From NCBI GenBank assembly GCA_964016885.1, contig OZ024745.1, positions 15,872,001-15,936,000 on the forward strand: a stretch of DNA of 64,000 bases. The letters are read 5' to 3'. The notes below the pieces were generated by a model. It searched no databases. It saw only the letters and a program-made list of their open reading frames with translations, and was not told the DNA's origin. Shown here piece by piece: positions 44,101-57,730 of this stretch (positions within the stretch are counted from its first letter, which is position 1; each line of letters starts with the position of its first letter). This stretch comes from Eledone cirrhosa (Eukaryota). The position numbers and the translations under genes are program-made.

Positions 44101-44728
44101 TGTCGGGTCACTCTTGAGTGCTACTGGTAACATGTAACCCAGTACAACCTGTCGCATGCTCGGGTCGCCGGCAACTAAACCGGCAACCCCACCAAGTTTA
44201 CTTGGTGAGGAGGATGATTTTGGACACCCTGCAGGACAAAAAACAAAACCTGACAAAGGGCGGGAGAACTCATAAGAGTCAACAGCCATCCGAAAGTGTG
44301 TAAATATGTATATACACATGTACCGCGCGATTAAACCATTGAGAGTTAAGGACCCCTAGGAGAAGGCAACTCAGGAAATTGGGATAACTCCGATATAAAA
44401 CGTGCGGCTCAGTAGTTACCGATGATGTTGATCTTTTCTTCTTTTCGGGTTATAGCTACTGTCACTCAGAGAGTGGGATTGGCTCAGTGCACAGTCTTTC
44501 CTCACTTAAAAAAATATCTTCACGCACAGGCATTGCATGATAGAATTAATTAATTGTTTCTACTTTTGGCACACGGCCAGCAATTTTACAGTGCATAACT
44601 GGTACTTTATTTTATCGACCCCGTAAGAATGAAAGGCAAAGTTAACCTTCATGATAGAATTAATTAATAATTACTAATAATGGTATATCGTGCAATGGCT
44701 ATACTCGATAACGAGGGGGCAGCCATCA
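44101..44728. mobile_element. Family K non-coding element in (TATG)n, interrupted by a SINE
   Basis: Homologous to 57731-58340 at both ends. The SINE at ~44555-44650 is flanked by the duplication catgatagaattaattaat. Confidence 0.7.
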
Positions 44729-44785
44729 TGTATGTATGTATGTATGTATGTATGTATGTATGTATGTATGTATGTATGTATGTAT

Positions 44786-45031
44786 GTGAATGTTTAGTAT
44801 CAGCCTTCAATACGTTTTGTTAGCCCTAAGGACCAACCTGTGTCGATGAAAATAAACCGGTTCATTTCCATTGACACAGGTTGAAAAAGTTGGTCCTTAG
44901 GGCTAACGAAACGTTTGTACCTGGTATGGCGCCGTTGTAGTAACTCGCATTAATATATATATATCTATATATAGATATATAGATATATGTATGGTGTATA
45001 TGTATATATATATATGTATATATACGTGTGC

Positions 45032-45120
<89 letters not shown>

Positions 45121-45870
45121 CACACTTTGATTTCTGTTCGTCTATCGATTTCTCTCTATATAAATAGATCATTTTGATTCTTTCGCTATTCAATTATGGT
45201 TTCATATGAAATTCCATATTTAACAGATGATCAGTTAAAATCTGCTCATGTAGAGTAAGTACAATGTAACAATAGTCATTTTCACAAACAGTACTCGGAA
45301 ACTGGATATAAAAAAAAAAAATCATAAAACAAAAACAAAGAAAAAAAACTAGTTCTGTTGCGCGAAGAATTACCAGCAACGAAATTATTTGATGATGATG
45401 ATGATGAGGATGATGATGCATAAGTGGAATGGGCCAAAAAAAAAATATATATAAAAAAAATAAAATGAAATATATTTTCCCTTCAGAGTTACTGAATTCA
45501 TAAGTTACAATACACAACACCCTCTTGTATGTAGAAACTATCTCAGTAACAAGTAATTTGAACAACCGTAGACCATTAAACATTAGGCAAAGCGAAAGCA
45601 GCTGTACAAGTTTGAGGAAATCAGCTGCTCCTTTGAATACTGACTTGTCCTGCTTTTAAAGTACCTTGTAATTGTTGTGTTGATGCTTCTGTCCTGGATG
45701 AAATTCGTGAATGTTTAGTATCAGCCTTCAAGACGTTTCGTTAGCCCTAAGGACCAACCTGTGTCGATGAAAATGAACCGGTTCATTTCCATTGACACAG
45801 GTTGAAAAAGTTGGTCCTTAGGGCTAACGAAACGTTTGTACCTGGTATGGCGCCGTTGTAGTAACTCGCA

Positions 45871-45874
<4 letters not shown>
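44786..45874. repeat. 168-bp direct duplication (44786-44953 / 45707-45874) of a nested-palindrome element
   Basis: Offset 921 bp with about 3 differences. Both copies end in (TA)n. Confidence 0.85.
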
Positions 45875-45908
<34 letters not shown>

Positions 45909-46225
45909 GATAAATATATATCAAATATATAAGAACCGTAGAGCAAATATTTATTAAAATAACAGATTAAAGTTTAAGCAAAGAATCGCTGCTTTCACCC
46001 CCAAAGATCCCGTTAAGGGTGAAAGCAGCGATTCTTTGCTTAAACTTTAATCTGTTATTTTAATAAATATATATATATATATAATATAATATAAAACGAA
46101 GGAAGTGTGGTAAGGAACCAGGTGGACCATAACGCACCAGAGTACTCAATACTTTGGGTAGTAGAGTGGGTAATAGGGAAATGTTCACATTTTCCTATAT
46201 ATATATATATACATATATACACACA

Positions 46226-46263
<38 letters not shown>

Positions 46264-46331
46264 AACGAGTAGGACCCCGACGGCTGAGCTCAAGCCGTTT
46301 CGACGGCTAATTCTGGACTATATATATATAT

Positions 46332-46425
<94 letters not shown>

Positions 46426-46566
46426 GGGGTCCTACTCGTTCCTATTACCCACTCTACTACCCTAAGTATTGAGTACTTTGGTGCGTTATGGTCCACCTGG
46501 TTCCTTACCACATTTCCTTCGTTATATATATATATATACACTTTCATTTTGTAAAAAAAACCTCAC

Positions 46567-46661
<95 letters not shown>

Positions 46662-46935
46662 TATATACATATATATACATATATAATTGGTGTTGGATGC
46701 TTAAAGCGGCCGTATGAGCACTCGATGCTCTCATAGAGCAGAGTACGATATCACAGAAAAAAAGAGAATCAGTGTTGCGACGAATGGAACTTATTGGACA
46801 TATTACAATCGTTTCTCTGGCGACAGGCTCAAGGCACGATCGATGTGATGATCGAACCTGACTCTGAAAATCGGAAGGTCCTCAGATACGTCTTGATTCT
46901 ACGAAGCAGATTTTCCCAAGGAAAATCTGCTTCGC

Positions 46936-46989
<54 letters not shown>

Positions 46990-47166
46990 CGAAGGAAGTG
47001 TGGTAAGGAACCAAAAGGTCCATATATATATGGACCATAAATGGAAAAAGATGAGTATTGACGTACATACTCAACTTTTTCCATTTCTCCGAGGGTTCTT
47101 AACCCCACTATCAGGCTGAATAATTTTCTTTAATTTTTTTAGTCAAAATACGGCGATAGCTTACAT

Positions 47167-47242
<76 letters not shown>

Positions 47243-47481
47243 TGCTTATACAGTAAGGTGGTGCCCCAGGACGATTGCAGTTTAATGATTGACATTATTG
47301 AAAGAAGAAAAGCATGCATACATTACAATTAAGAAAAAGAATACACGCGCGTGCACACACGTGCGCACGCACACATACACACACACATACACATACACAT
47401 ACACATACACATACACGCGCTGCTTAAGAAAAAAAATCAAAATTAAGAGCGTACATACGTACGTACATACATGGGCAAATG

Positions 47482-47650
47482 CCGCATTTCCCGGTGTCGA
47501 GGACGCTATTTTTTTCCTAAAAAAGTCTGAAAAATCTTTCATGCGTCGTGGAAGCCCAAGGTTGTTTATTATTTTTTTTTTCAAAATTTTCGTTGTCAAA
47601 ATTAGGGTGCGTCCTCGAGGACGAAGCGTCTTCGGCGCCGGGAAATACGG
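47482..47650. mobile_element. pogo/Tigger-type MITE
   Basis: TIRs ccgcatttcccggtgtcgaggacgc and gcgtcttcggcgccgggaaatacgg|TA. Confidence 0.7.
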
Positions 47651-47985
47651 TAACTATATGCATACACATAAATATATACACATACCTACATATATATACA
47701 TGCACACATTCAATTATTCATATATACGTACATGCGCACATAGATGCATCCACACATAACATTCGTGCAGACAGATATGGAAGTATGATGATAGGAATAG
47801 AAGGGAATTATGAATAGTTGTGGGCAACAGTGTGTTATGAATGAAAAAAACGTGACTGTTTCTACAATAAGAGAACGTATGTGAAATTTTTCCCCTGATC
47901 ACTGCTGCAAAACAAACACTGGAACCAAACTCACATTCATGTCTTCTTCATTAACAAAGTCAAATGATAATGGTGTTGCTGCAAT

Positions 47986-48051
<66 letters not shown>

Positions 48052-48094
48052 TTATTAATTTGGAGTTTTTCTCCCCTTTCTCTCTTCTGTCTTT

Positions 48095-49710
48095 ACAACG
48101 TGACAGTAATGGTGTTGAAAACCTCGGAAATTGGGGCGATCGGCAGCTTACTGCAGGAATACGAAAGGCTCACAGGAGCAAAACTCAACCCGGACAAATC
48201 TGTCGGTTTGCAGCTCGGAACGTGGAGAGGCAAACCTATACCGTCCCAGATCGTCGTCGGACGCTGGACGAAAGGACCGGTGGAATTGCTCGGGTCTGGT
48301 TCGGTCCGGACCTCCAGGTGGAGAAAAACTGGAACGAGGTCACCGCCAAGGTATTTGCACTCACCCAGAAGTGGAAAGATTTCAAAATATCCTTGAAAGG
48401 TCGAGCGGAGGTGGCGAACATTTTGATAGCGTCCGTCACCTACTACCGCTTGACCGTCGTGCCTTGTCCCCATGACCGTCGTGCCTTGTCCACCAAGATG
48501 GAACGCATGCTCTTCCAATTCCTTTGGAAGAAAGGCTCCACTGGTGAGGAGATTTGTTTGCTGCCAGCACCCTTCCAACGGAGGGCTGGGAATGCCGTGG
48601 CTGATGATGCGCAAACACGCGCTGAGGCTACGGCATCTCCAGGTATTCCTCACCGACCAACCGGAGTGGGCCCGTTTGTGAGACAAGCCTTCCCGCAACT
48701 TGTCTCGCTGATGGAGCTGCAGTCCTGGGTCAAGCGGAGACCGAAGAAAATGGGCGCCTGGCACATTGAATGCGCTCAGGCGCTCTCAGTCCTCTGTCAA
48801 GCAGGCATAGCAATCAGTGGTGACTCCACTTCGACATTCCATAGAGGGTTAGCACGTCACAAGTGCGATGACGTGCTCGGAGAGACTGTGGGCGTCGAAG
48901 ACGACGAGCTCACCAGTCTGTTCGGTAGGACTTTCCGCCCGGGACCTATGGACAACTTCCAGAGGTCCTTGGCCTGGCAGTGCTACCGAGGAGCTCTATC
49001 AGTACGAGAAAAGATCTACAGGCACGGGCGCCCCGGCAGGGATCTTTCCAAGAGGACATGTCCAAATTCGAGCAGGACATTGAAACCCTCCTGCACTCAA
49101 TTGTACACTGCCCGGGCGTAACTGACCTGTAGAACTACGCAGAACAACTGCTGTCGCGTATGGGACAAATCCAATTGACTGCCGAATCCATTGTAAGGAT
49201 CAAACCGCCAACTTCTTTCAAAAACGAAAGAGAGGCGGTTTCCCTCTGTATAGGGGCTATGGTAAAAGAGGTTATATGGTGGACAAGATGAAGAGGACTG
49301 AGGGCAGATGCCTTTCTCTCCGGACAACAACTCATTCCCTTCTTTAGGTACCACTTTAGAAGGAGAATCAGAGTGGAGAGAGAGGTACTGCACCCCAGTA
49401 AATTTACTGAAAGGTGGGTGAATGTGGCAAAAATGGCCCGAGTGATTGGGCTTTCTCCTCTGTATATAAACCTGTAGGTTGAAGAAGAGAGTAAAAGGAA
49501 GAAAGGGGCACTTGCACAACATGATCCTGGAGTTGAGGGTTGTTCTATCGACAGGGTATTAAACAACCCATTTGTAACGCCTCCCCCCATTGGGGATTTC
49601 GATTGTTGAATTTGTTAAAAATTTTTTTTACACGACTGCATGTAAAATCCCCTGCATATGTCTTTGTATTGTCCCCTTTTCTTGTGCGCCCCTGTGGCAA
49701 ATAACAAAAT
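48095..49710 (+). mobile_element. 5'-truncated, frameshifted L1/Tx1-clade LINE (ORF2 3' part)
   Basis: YERLTGAKLNPDKS, ISLKGRA, GGLGMP and a Cys/His-rich C-terminal region. It ends ...aaataacaaaat followed by (CTAT)n/(CTAC)n. Confidence 0.85.
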
Positions 49711-49980
49711 CTATCTATCTATCTACCTACCTACCAACCCACTTACCTACCTACCTACCTATCTACCTACCTACCTACCTACCTACCTACCTACCTACCT
49801 ACCTACCTACCTACCTACCTACCTACCTACCTACCTACCTACTTACCTACCTACCTACCCACATACCTACCTACCTACCTACTATAAATACATATGGGAT
49901 GACTTATTCACCATTTTGTAGGGAGCTGTCGTGAAACAAAACAACAATAAACGTATTTTGTGGATATATGGTCGAATGCT

Positions 49981-50500
49981 CACAATCATAAACATGAACG
50001 GATGGTTAAGACATTCACCCCACAATTATAAACCTGAACGGATGGTTAAGACATTCACCCCACAATCATAAACCTGAACGGATGGTTAAGACATTCACCC
50101 CACAATCATAAACATGAACGGATGGTTAAGACATTCACCCCACAATCATAAACATGAACGGATGGTTAAGACATTCATCCCACAATCATAAACATGAACG
50201 GATGGTTAAGACATTCACCCCACAATCATAAACATGAACGGATGGTTAAGACATTCACCCCACAATCATAAACATGAACGGATGGTTAAGACATTCACCC
50301 CACAATCATAAACATGAACGGATGGTTAAGACATTCACCCCACAATCATAAACATGAACGGATGGTTAAGACATTCACCCCACAATCATAAACATGAACG
50401 GATGGTTAAGACATTCACCCGACAATCCTAAATATGAACGGATGATTAAGATGTCTACCTCGCAATCCTAAACACAAAGGAAATGGTTAAGACCTTCACC
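49981..50500. repeat. 40-bp minisatellite, ~13 copies
   Basis: Unit cacaatcataaacatgaacggatggttaagacattcaccc. Confidence 0.95.
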
Positions 50501-50612
50501 ATTCATTGTATGTATGTATTTATGTATGTATTTATGTATGTATTTATGTATGTATGTATGTATGTATGTATGTATGTATGTATGTATGTATGTATGTATG
50601 TATGTATGTATA

Positions 50613-53600
50613 TTCTTCTGGGTTTATACATTCACAAAGTTTTACCAATAGAGAGAGAGTCGGTTTCTAACATAGACACAAGACTCTCTCATTGGAATTT
50701 GCACAACATCAACTAGGTAGATATGTATGCATGCATGTGTTGATATGGATGTTATGTGTGGATGTGTATGTTTTGAGTTGTATGTGTGCATGTGTATATG
50801 CTTTGCATCTGTACATGTGTATATGCAGTTATTAGATGCAACATTTTTGGAATGTTTTACATATTTTTACTGTTCCAGTAATGGATTGTACTTGTAATTT
50901 CCTAACTAGTTGTGTTCTTTCTGTTCCTGTGAAGCCTGGCTTCTCAAGATTTGTATTGAGGCAGTTACTAACATATCCCAGTGCCCCAATAATCACAGGC
51001 ATAAATCTGAAGGTGTAATCAGGGTGGAGTATCTGCAGATTTCTCATCAGTTCTGCATAAATGATATCCTTTTCCCTAATCTTTGATATTATATTGGCAT
51101 CTGCTGGGCAGCTAATTTCCACTACTGGGCAAGCTTTCTTCTCCCTGTCCCATATCATAATATCTGGTCTGTTATGCCTGCATTTTATTGGGGTTTTTAC
51201 TGGAACATTCCACCAGTACTCTTTCATATTATGTACATGGATGTCTTCCACATTGCTGTAGCTTTTAATGTGTTTATTATCGGGGCTATCTTTTCTACGG
51301 ATTGCATTGTACAGTGTTTTGGCCACTACATCATGCCTCATAGGTAGATAGTACCGCGATGACATCTTTGGACAGCTGCTGATGGTATCCTCGATGTTAG
51401 TTCTGCAGAGTCTGCACTTGTTATCACATCTAGGTGTTTTGACTGCATCCCTATCTCTTTTGTGAATCAGGTATTTCGTGCTAATCTCCTGTTCCTGGAT
51501 TGCAAAAGCGTATCATTCAAAGTGGGAGCCAATATAGCGGTTGTTGGTCCAAGATAGACTACTTTCCTTATCTATATTACTCTCATTCTAGAGCTTCCTG
51601 GCAACATATCCATGCATGATTTTTTGCTGATAGGCATGCAGTTTTTCATCCATGGATTCACTGCGATACTGCTGAGCGACATCCCTGGGTGTGAGTTTTT
51701 GATTATCACACAGGGAATATCTCTCGAGGAGTTCCCAACTCTCATGATCTTATCTGTTTCATGCAGATAGACTTGCTCGAGAAACGGGCTCCTACGCTTC
51801 GAGGTTCGTAGATGTTGTCGGAGAGATATGATGCGACATTTAAATGTTGTCTGGACTGATATTAGGCCTCTGCTTTCCTGCTTACGTTTCAAGTAAAGGC
51901 GGTCTATGTCACTGTTGATGTGGAAGTTTCCGGTGTTGTTCAGTATTTTTCGAGTTCCAACATCAACTGCTCGGATTTCGTCTATCGTCCAATGTTGGTG
52001 TTAGGACAGGCACAGCAAACACATTGTGAGCCACTGTTTTGTTTTGCGCAGAGAGTTCAGATGACCATATCTTTCTTAATCGGGTGTAGTATTCCCTGGT
52101 TACGCGTTCTTTATTACAGATACCATTATAGGATATGTTCTCATCTATCCCCAGGTATCTGTAGCAGTCCTCATCAGATATCGGTGAAACAGTTAGGTCA
52201 TTGATGACAATGTTGCTAGATTTGGTTGTTGTTTTTCCCCGCTTTACAGTCATGTATGAGCATTTATCTTGGCCAAACTCCATTCCTATATCCTTTGAGA
52301 ACGTTGTAACCAGGTCAAGATTTTTCTTCATCCCATCCATGTTCTTGGCATAGAGTTTCAGATCGTCCACAAAGAAATTATCAGTTAGGTTCGTATTTCT
52401 GTCCTCCTGTGAGCCAATGATGTCTCCCTCACATTTCTTGAGCAGAAAGGACAAGGGGTTTAATGACAAGATGAATAATATCACAGAGAGACTGTCCCCC
52501 TGAAATATACCCCTGCAATATTTTATTTTATCAGTGAAAATAGAGTCCTCCCTCTCTGTCTTTAACCTTAGGATAGTAGCCCAAGAAGAAGACAGCCTCT
52601 CTATGGCTCTGACAATAATGTCGGGGACTTTAGCAAGTTGGAGGGCCTCTATCATCCAAGAGTGGGGAACAGAATCGAAAGCTTTCCTGTAGTCCAGCCA
52701 GACTGTAGTCATGTTCCTCCTAAGTTGTTGCACCTCCGACATCGCAGTTTTGTTGATTAGGAGTTGTTCAGCACATCCCCAAACCCCTTTCTTTCCAGCT
52801 GCTTGTTCATCTGTGATGATGTTACTATTTTCACAGTGATCTTGGAGGAATAGGTTGAGACAGGCTGTATACATCTTATACATCAGGTTCTGGCATGCAA
52901 TGGGTCGGTAGTTTTTTGCCAAGTGGGTGTCTTTGTTCTTGAGGACCAGTAATATTTGTGCTAATGTCAACCATTCTGGTATAAGTGTATTTCCCTTAAG
53001 AACTTGTTGGTAGAGGTCAGTAAGATACCTACGATACAATATCAGTTTTTTGTACCAGTAGCCGACAATCATATCTCTTCCTGGTGGTTTCTTATCTTGG
53101 AGTTTTCCTATCACACTCTGAAGTACCGTCACTTATTTCGTATGTTTTTGTTGTAGTGTAGAAGCAATAGTTCTTTCGGATTTCTCTTCGCCACACTGCA
53201 TCTTGGTTGAAATTCTTCTTTTCACCACATATTTTGCTCCAAAAGGAATCTATGTCTTTCTGGGATGGGGCCTCAGTGACACTTATTATTTTGTCCTTCA
53301 TATCTCTATAGACTGATGTTTGGTTTCGTCTGAATCTTTTATTAAGTTCTTTTCTTTCATCTACCTTCTTCAGGTAACGGCGTTTTTCGCTAACAGCTCT
53401 CAATTCTTGTTTGAAGGTGATCAACTTATATTGGAGAGTTCTGGTTCTACTGTTACCAAACATCGTCTCTATTTTATTTTTCACTCTTTGTTGGTGATGA
53501 GTGAGGTTTTTTTGTGTTTGTTTGCATGTAAGGAGCATTGTCACATATCCTATGTCAGCAATCTTTTTTTCTAATTTAGTTATATATGATGGTATTTTTG

Positions 53601-54631
53601 GTGGTGTTCTGCTATCACCAAGATAATTCTTCACTGTCGTTGCTAAGGCATATAAACAGGCGTTGATTTTCCAAAATTTTGGGGTTTTTATTCGTCATAA
53701 ATATTCATCCATTTCGTCAATAACACGTAATATTTCATTATTTGGTTTTTTATTCAACATTGTCGTTTTAACACGTTCAGCAAGAGAGATATTTATACAT
53801 GAGTTAATTTCTCTCTGGAAGATTTCGTTGAGGGAAATTTTCAATTGTTTATACTTTTGATTATCATTATCGATAGTATTTTACACAATAGTCGAGGTAG
53901 ACTCGGATGGTACACGTGGTGTCAAATTTCTTCGATTATTATTATTATCGACAATGTTTTCCCCAGCATTCGAGATAGACTTAGATGGTACAGGTGGTGA
54001 CAAGTTTCTTACAGGCATAGTTGTTTCAAGACGCTGTTCGACCTGGCTGCGAGGAAGTCTAGTAGCATGGCGACCTGTTGATAACATGTTTGTTGTGGGG
54101 GACTTACAATTAATAATATTTAACTTATTTTTACGTTCAACAAACGTCGCTTGTTGGCGTAATTGTTTCGATGTGAAATAATTTAGCTCTGGGTGCATTT
54201 CGTCCCAGTGTAGCTTCATTCTATTCATATAGCCAATGGAGGGATTGTTTTTTGCCATTTTATAACAATTAAATAAATCATTATTAAGTTCGCAACTCCA
54301 AGAGAAATGCGATTTATCATTTCGGTTTCTTCTGTAGCTACAACTGAATAAAGTTTGATTACCTTCCTTGTTATTTGTCTTCGATACTTCCTTAATATTT
54401 TTGTTGATGTTGTGTTCAGCCATGCTGTTTCTAGCAAATCATTGTAAAATGAATTATGTATTTAATCGGATATCTCTACGAATTCGAATAAAGGTGTCTT
54501 CAGAAGGGATAGTTAGAAGAATAACCAGTTATTCAACCTGACTGGACTGTAGTTGTGGCATTACTGTCGGAGATAGTATTCATCTTAAATTTAATAAATA
54601 GTCTCCCACGCCAAAATATGCGACTGATCGC
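50613..54631 (-). mobile_element. Near full-length, frameshifted R4/Dong-like RT-RLE LINE (family 1)
   Basis: Collinear ORF pieces at 53881-54423, 53092-53634, 51963-53132 (NYRPI, WLDYRKAFDS, GIFQGDSLS, FVDDLKL), 51572-51892 and 50832-51365 (RHD, RPDI..EISCP). (TATG)n lies at both ends. Confidence 0.9.
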
Positions 54632-54654
54632 GTATGTATGTATTCATGTATGTT

Positions 54655-57600
54655 TTCTCTTTCTCTTAATTTCGAGTATATTTTTTTGACCGGCCACCTT
54701 CCTGGTGGCAAGGTTGTAAAAGAAAAGAAATTGTCATCCCTTGAATCGCAAGAATGTTTTGCATATTTTGAAGGTGCCAGCTATCGCAGCCATTTGTAGA
54801 CTATGAATTAGGGAGCTGCGCTTTTTGTCCGCAAATCCAAGTTCGGTCATACTTTGGTCCAAGCGGGTTGGTATATAACCCGTAGCACCAATAATCATGG
54901 GTATGAAGCTAAAGGTGTATCTTGGATACTGGATTTGTAAGCTCCTCATCAATGGTCCGTAGATGTCCTCCTTCTCCTGTATTTTTCTGACAACGTTTAC
55001 ATCAAGTGGGCAGCTGATCTCCACAACAGAACACGTTTTCAATGTGTGGTCCCAAACTACAATATCAGGCTGGTTGTGCTTTAATTTGGTGGCAGTTTTT
55101 ATTTTCAGGTTCCACCAGTATTCCTTAGTGCCATCTGTCTCAATATATTCTTCCTCGTTTGTTGTTAATTTTGTTTTCCGAAGTGCGTTCCAGATAGTTC
55201 TAGCTATCCCATCGTGTCTCATGGGGAGGTAGTAGCGAGATGACATTCTTTCGCAGCTGGCAACAATGTGGCTTACATCCTCGATCTTTGTTTTACATAG
55301 CCTACATTTATTGTCAGCTGCTGGCCCTCCTCTTTTGTGCAGCAGATATTTGGTAGGGAGTTCTTGTTCCTGTATTGCATAGAGATATCCCTCAAGGTGT
55401 GATGTCATAAACTTGTCGGAACTCCATGCCAGGCTTTTTGAGTGGTTTATCCCCTCCATGGTCTGTGTTTTACGCCTCAAGTATCCATGCACAACTTTCT
55501 CTGTAAATTGGTCAATTTTCTTTTCTTGTTTGAACATTGAATAGGATCTTCCGATTTCTCTGGGTGAGAGATTTATATCAGGCTTTATTCCATATCTCTC
55601 CTCCAGATCAGTCGCTATTCTAATGATATTTCTTTTTTCATGCTCATAAACCTGAGCAAGATGGTCGCCAACCTTTTTCCTCTGTTGAAGGTGTTGCTTC
55701 AGTGTTACTATCCGGGTCTCATATGTTGTTAATACTGATTTTAGACCCCGGCCACCTTCCTTGCGTGAGAAGTATAGCCTATCCACATCACCATTGATGT
55801 TAAAGTTCCCAGTAACACTGAGAAGTTTTCGAGTTCTAACATCCATCTCACTTAGTTCTTGCAATGACCAGTTCAGTAGGCCAAATGTTGGCGTTAGAAT
55901 TGGCACAGCATAGGTATTGTGGGCAATGTATTTGTTGTATGCTGACAGTTCTGATGACCATATTTTTTTTACTCTTCTGAGGTATTCAGTTCTGGTTCTC
56001 TCCTTGTTTATGGGTCCATCATATCTGACATTCTCATCCTGTCCAAGATATCTGTAGTTGTCACCTGACTGCAGAGGTTGTATTGTCAGGCCGTTCATAT
56101 CTAGATTTCTAGAGGAGGGCACAGCTCTTCCACGTTTTACTGCCAAATATGCACACTTGGACTCACCAAATTTCATTTTGATGTCGGTTGAAAATTGTGT
56201 AATGAGGTCCAATTGTTTCTTGATGTCATTGATATTTGGCCCATACAACTTCAGGTCATCAACAAAGAAAAGATGGGAGATACTTCTGGGCCCACGTCTT
56301 TGTCCACCTTGTTTCCTGAGTAGGTAAGATAGTGGATTCAGTGAGAGAACGAAGAGTAGTACTGACAAGCTATCACCCTGAAAGATGCCCTTCTGGTAAT
56401 GTATCCTATCAGTCTTAACCTGCTCCTTCTCACCTCTAAGGATCAAATTGGTGTACCAGTTCTTGGTCAGGCGTTCAACAGCAGCTACTAATGGTTGTGG
56501 GACTTTAGCTAACTGTAAAGCCTTAATAATCCACCCATGAGGTACACTATCAAATGCTTTTTGATAGTCCAGCCACACGACAGTCATGTTTCTGCGATTC
56601 TTTGTTGTTTTTTCCTGAATCATTTTGTTAGTTAGTAGGTGATCTATGCAACCCCACACCTCCCTCTTTCCACCAGCTTGCTCAGGTGTTATGATGTTGT
56701 TGGTAGCACAGTGATCCTGTAAGAACAGGTTAAGGCACCCAGTATATAATTTATACATGATGTTTTGGCAGGCAATTGGGCGGTAATTTTTAGCAAGGGT
56801 GGTTTGGCTATTTTTGGGAATGAGGAGAGTAGTGGCAGTTGATAACCATCTGGACAGTTCTTGTGTGCCCTTAATGGTTTCTGTAAACAGCCGTATGAGA
56901 TCTTGCCGATAGAAAGTGAAATTCTTCAACCAGTATCCTGTAATGAGGTCTGGGCCTGGCGATTTCCTATTCGACATTTTCTGTAGAGCTGTTTCCAGTA
57001 TTGACCCATCTATGTCATATTGTTTTGTCTGGACATGTTGGCAGTAGTCCTGTTCCAGTTGTTTTAGCCAATTAGCTTGTCTGTTGAATCCGTCATCCGT
57101 TTCCCATACAGATCTCCAGTAGTTCTCAACCTGTTCTTTTGAAGGGGTGTCGTTTACAGGGATTGAGCTTTTGCCACCGAAGCTGCGATAAACTGATTTA
57201 GGATCTCTGGCAAACAATCTATTTAGCACTTGTCGTTTATGGGCTGTTGACTTATATTTTAGTCTTTCTGTTGTAGCTGTGAGTTGTTGTTTCAACTGGT
57301 GTAATTTGGAGTTCAAAGTTTTAAATTTGGTATCTCCAAATCGTCTCTCTAACTTTTTCTTTAGGTCTTCCTGGTGTCGTGTGAAGTTTCTCTCTATGTT
57401 GCATTTCATAACGACTGCGATGTGTGAGATACTTCGTCTCAGGGACAAAATTTTGGTTTTTAAATTTCGCATCCACGCTGGTTCAGGCTTTCTGTTTGTA
57501 TCTTGATTGCGTGGTTTTAGATGTGTGTTATATGATAGCAATGTGACAGCTGAAACATATAACAAAACATTGAGCGTTTCAAATGTCGTTTCTACACCTT

Positions 57601-57662
57601 TAGATCGTATAGCCTTCAGATAATTGCCAGCTATTTCGTTCACCGCTTCCAATTCCAATTTA
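54655..57662 (-). mobile_element. 5'-truncated R4/Dong-like LINE (family 2)
   Basis: Open RT-CCHC-RLE frame with a short 3' UTR, flanked by (TATG)n. Confidence 0.92.
54734..57658 (-). CDS. Non-LTR retrotransposon RT + CCHC finger + restriction-like endonuclease (N-terminus truncated)
   Basis: KSPGPD, NYRPI, WLDYQKAFDSV, GIFQGDSLS, FFVDDLKL, YLG, GGRGL, CRLC...HIVASC, RHD, QPDIVVWD..VVEISCP. Confidence 0.93.
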   Translation of the reverse strand: MELEAVNEIAGNYLKAIRSKGVETTFETLNVLLYVSAVTLLSYNTHLKPRNQDTNRKPEPAWMRNLKTKILSLRRSISHIAVVMKCNIERNFTRHQEDLKKKLERRFGDTKFKTLNSKLHQLKQQLTATTERLKYKSTAHKRQVLNRLFARDPKSVYRSFGGKSSIPVNDTPSKEQVENYWRSVWETDDGFNRQANWLKQLEQDYCQHVQTKQYDIDGSILETALQKMSNRKSPGPDLITGYWLKNFTFYRQDLIRLFTETIKGTQELSRWLSTATTLLIPKNSQTTLAKNYRPIACQNIMYKLYTGCLNLFLQDHCATNNIITPEQAGGKREVWGCIDHLLTNKMIQEKTTKNRRNMTVVWLDYQKAFDSVPHGWIIKALQLAKVPQPLVAAVERLTKNWYTNLILRGEKEQVKTDRIHYQKGIFQGDSLSVLLFVLSLNPLSYLLRKQGGQRRGPRSISHLFFVDDLKLYGPNINDIKKQLDLITQFSTDIKMKFGESKCAYLAVKRGRAVPSSRNLDMNGLTIQPLQSGDNYRYLGQDENVRYDGPINKERTRTEYLRRVKKIWSSELSAYNKYIAHNTYAVPILTPTFGLLNWSLQELSEMDVRTRKLLSVTGNFNINGDVDRLYFSRKEGGRGLKSVLTTYETRIVTLKQHLQQRKKVGDHLAQVYEHEKRNIIRIATDLEERYGIKPDINLSPREIGRSYSMFKQEKKIDQFTEKVVHGYLRRKTQTMEGINHSKSLAWSSDKFMTSHLEGYLYAIQEQELPTKYLLHKRGGPAADNKCRLCKTKIEDVSHIVASCERMSSRYYLPMRHDGIARTIWNALRKTKLTTNEEEYIETDGTKEYWWNLKIKTATKLKHNQPDIVVWDHTLKTCSVVEISCPLDVNVVRKIQEKEDIYGPLMRSLQIQYPRYTFSFIPMIIGATGYIPTRLDQSMTELGFADKKRSSLIHSLQMAAIAGTFKICKTFLRFKG

Positions 57663-57730
57663 GTATGTATTTATGTAAGTATGTATGTATGTATGTATGT
57701 ATTTATGTATGTATTTATGTATGTATTTAT

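Noticed and set aside
43429-44319. 296-aa ORF as a chimeric gene
   Set aside because: Chance fusion of family K, (TACA)n and the LINE RLE fragment.
49981-50500. CRISPR-like array (also the 27-bp and 39-bp arrays)
   Set aside because: Units are directly tandem with no unique spacers and no cas genes, in a eukaryotic context.
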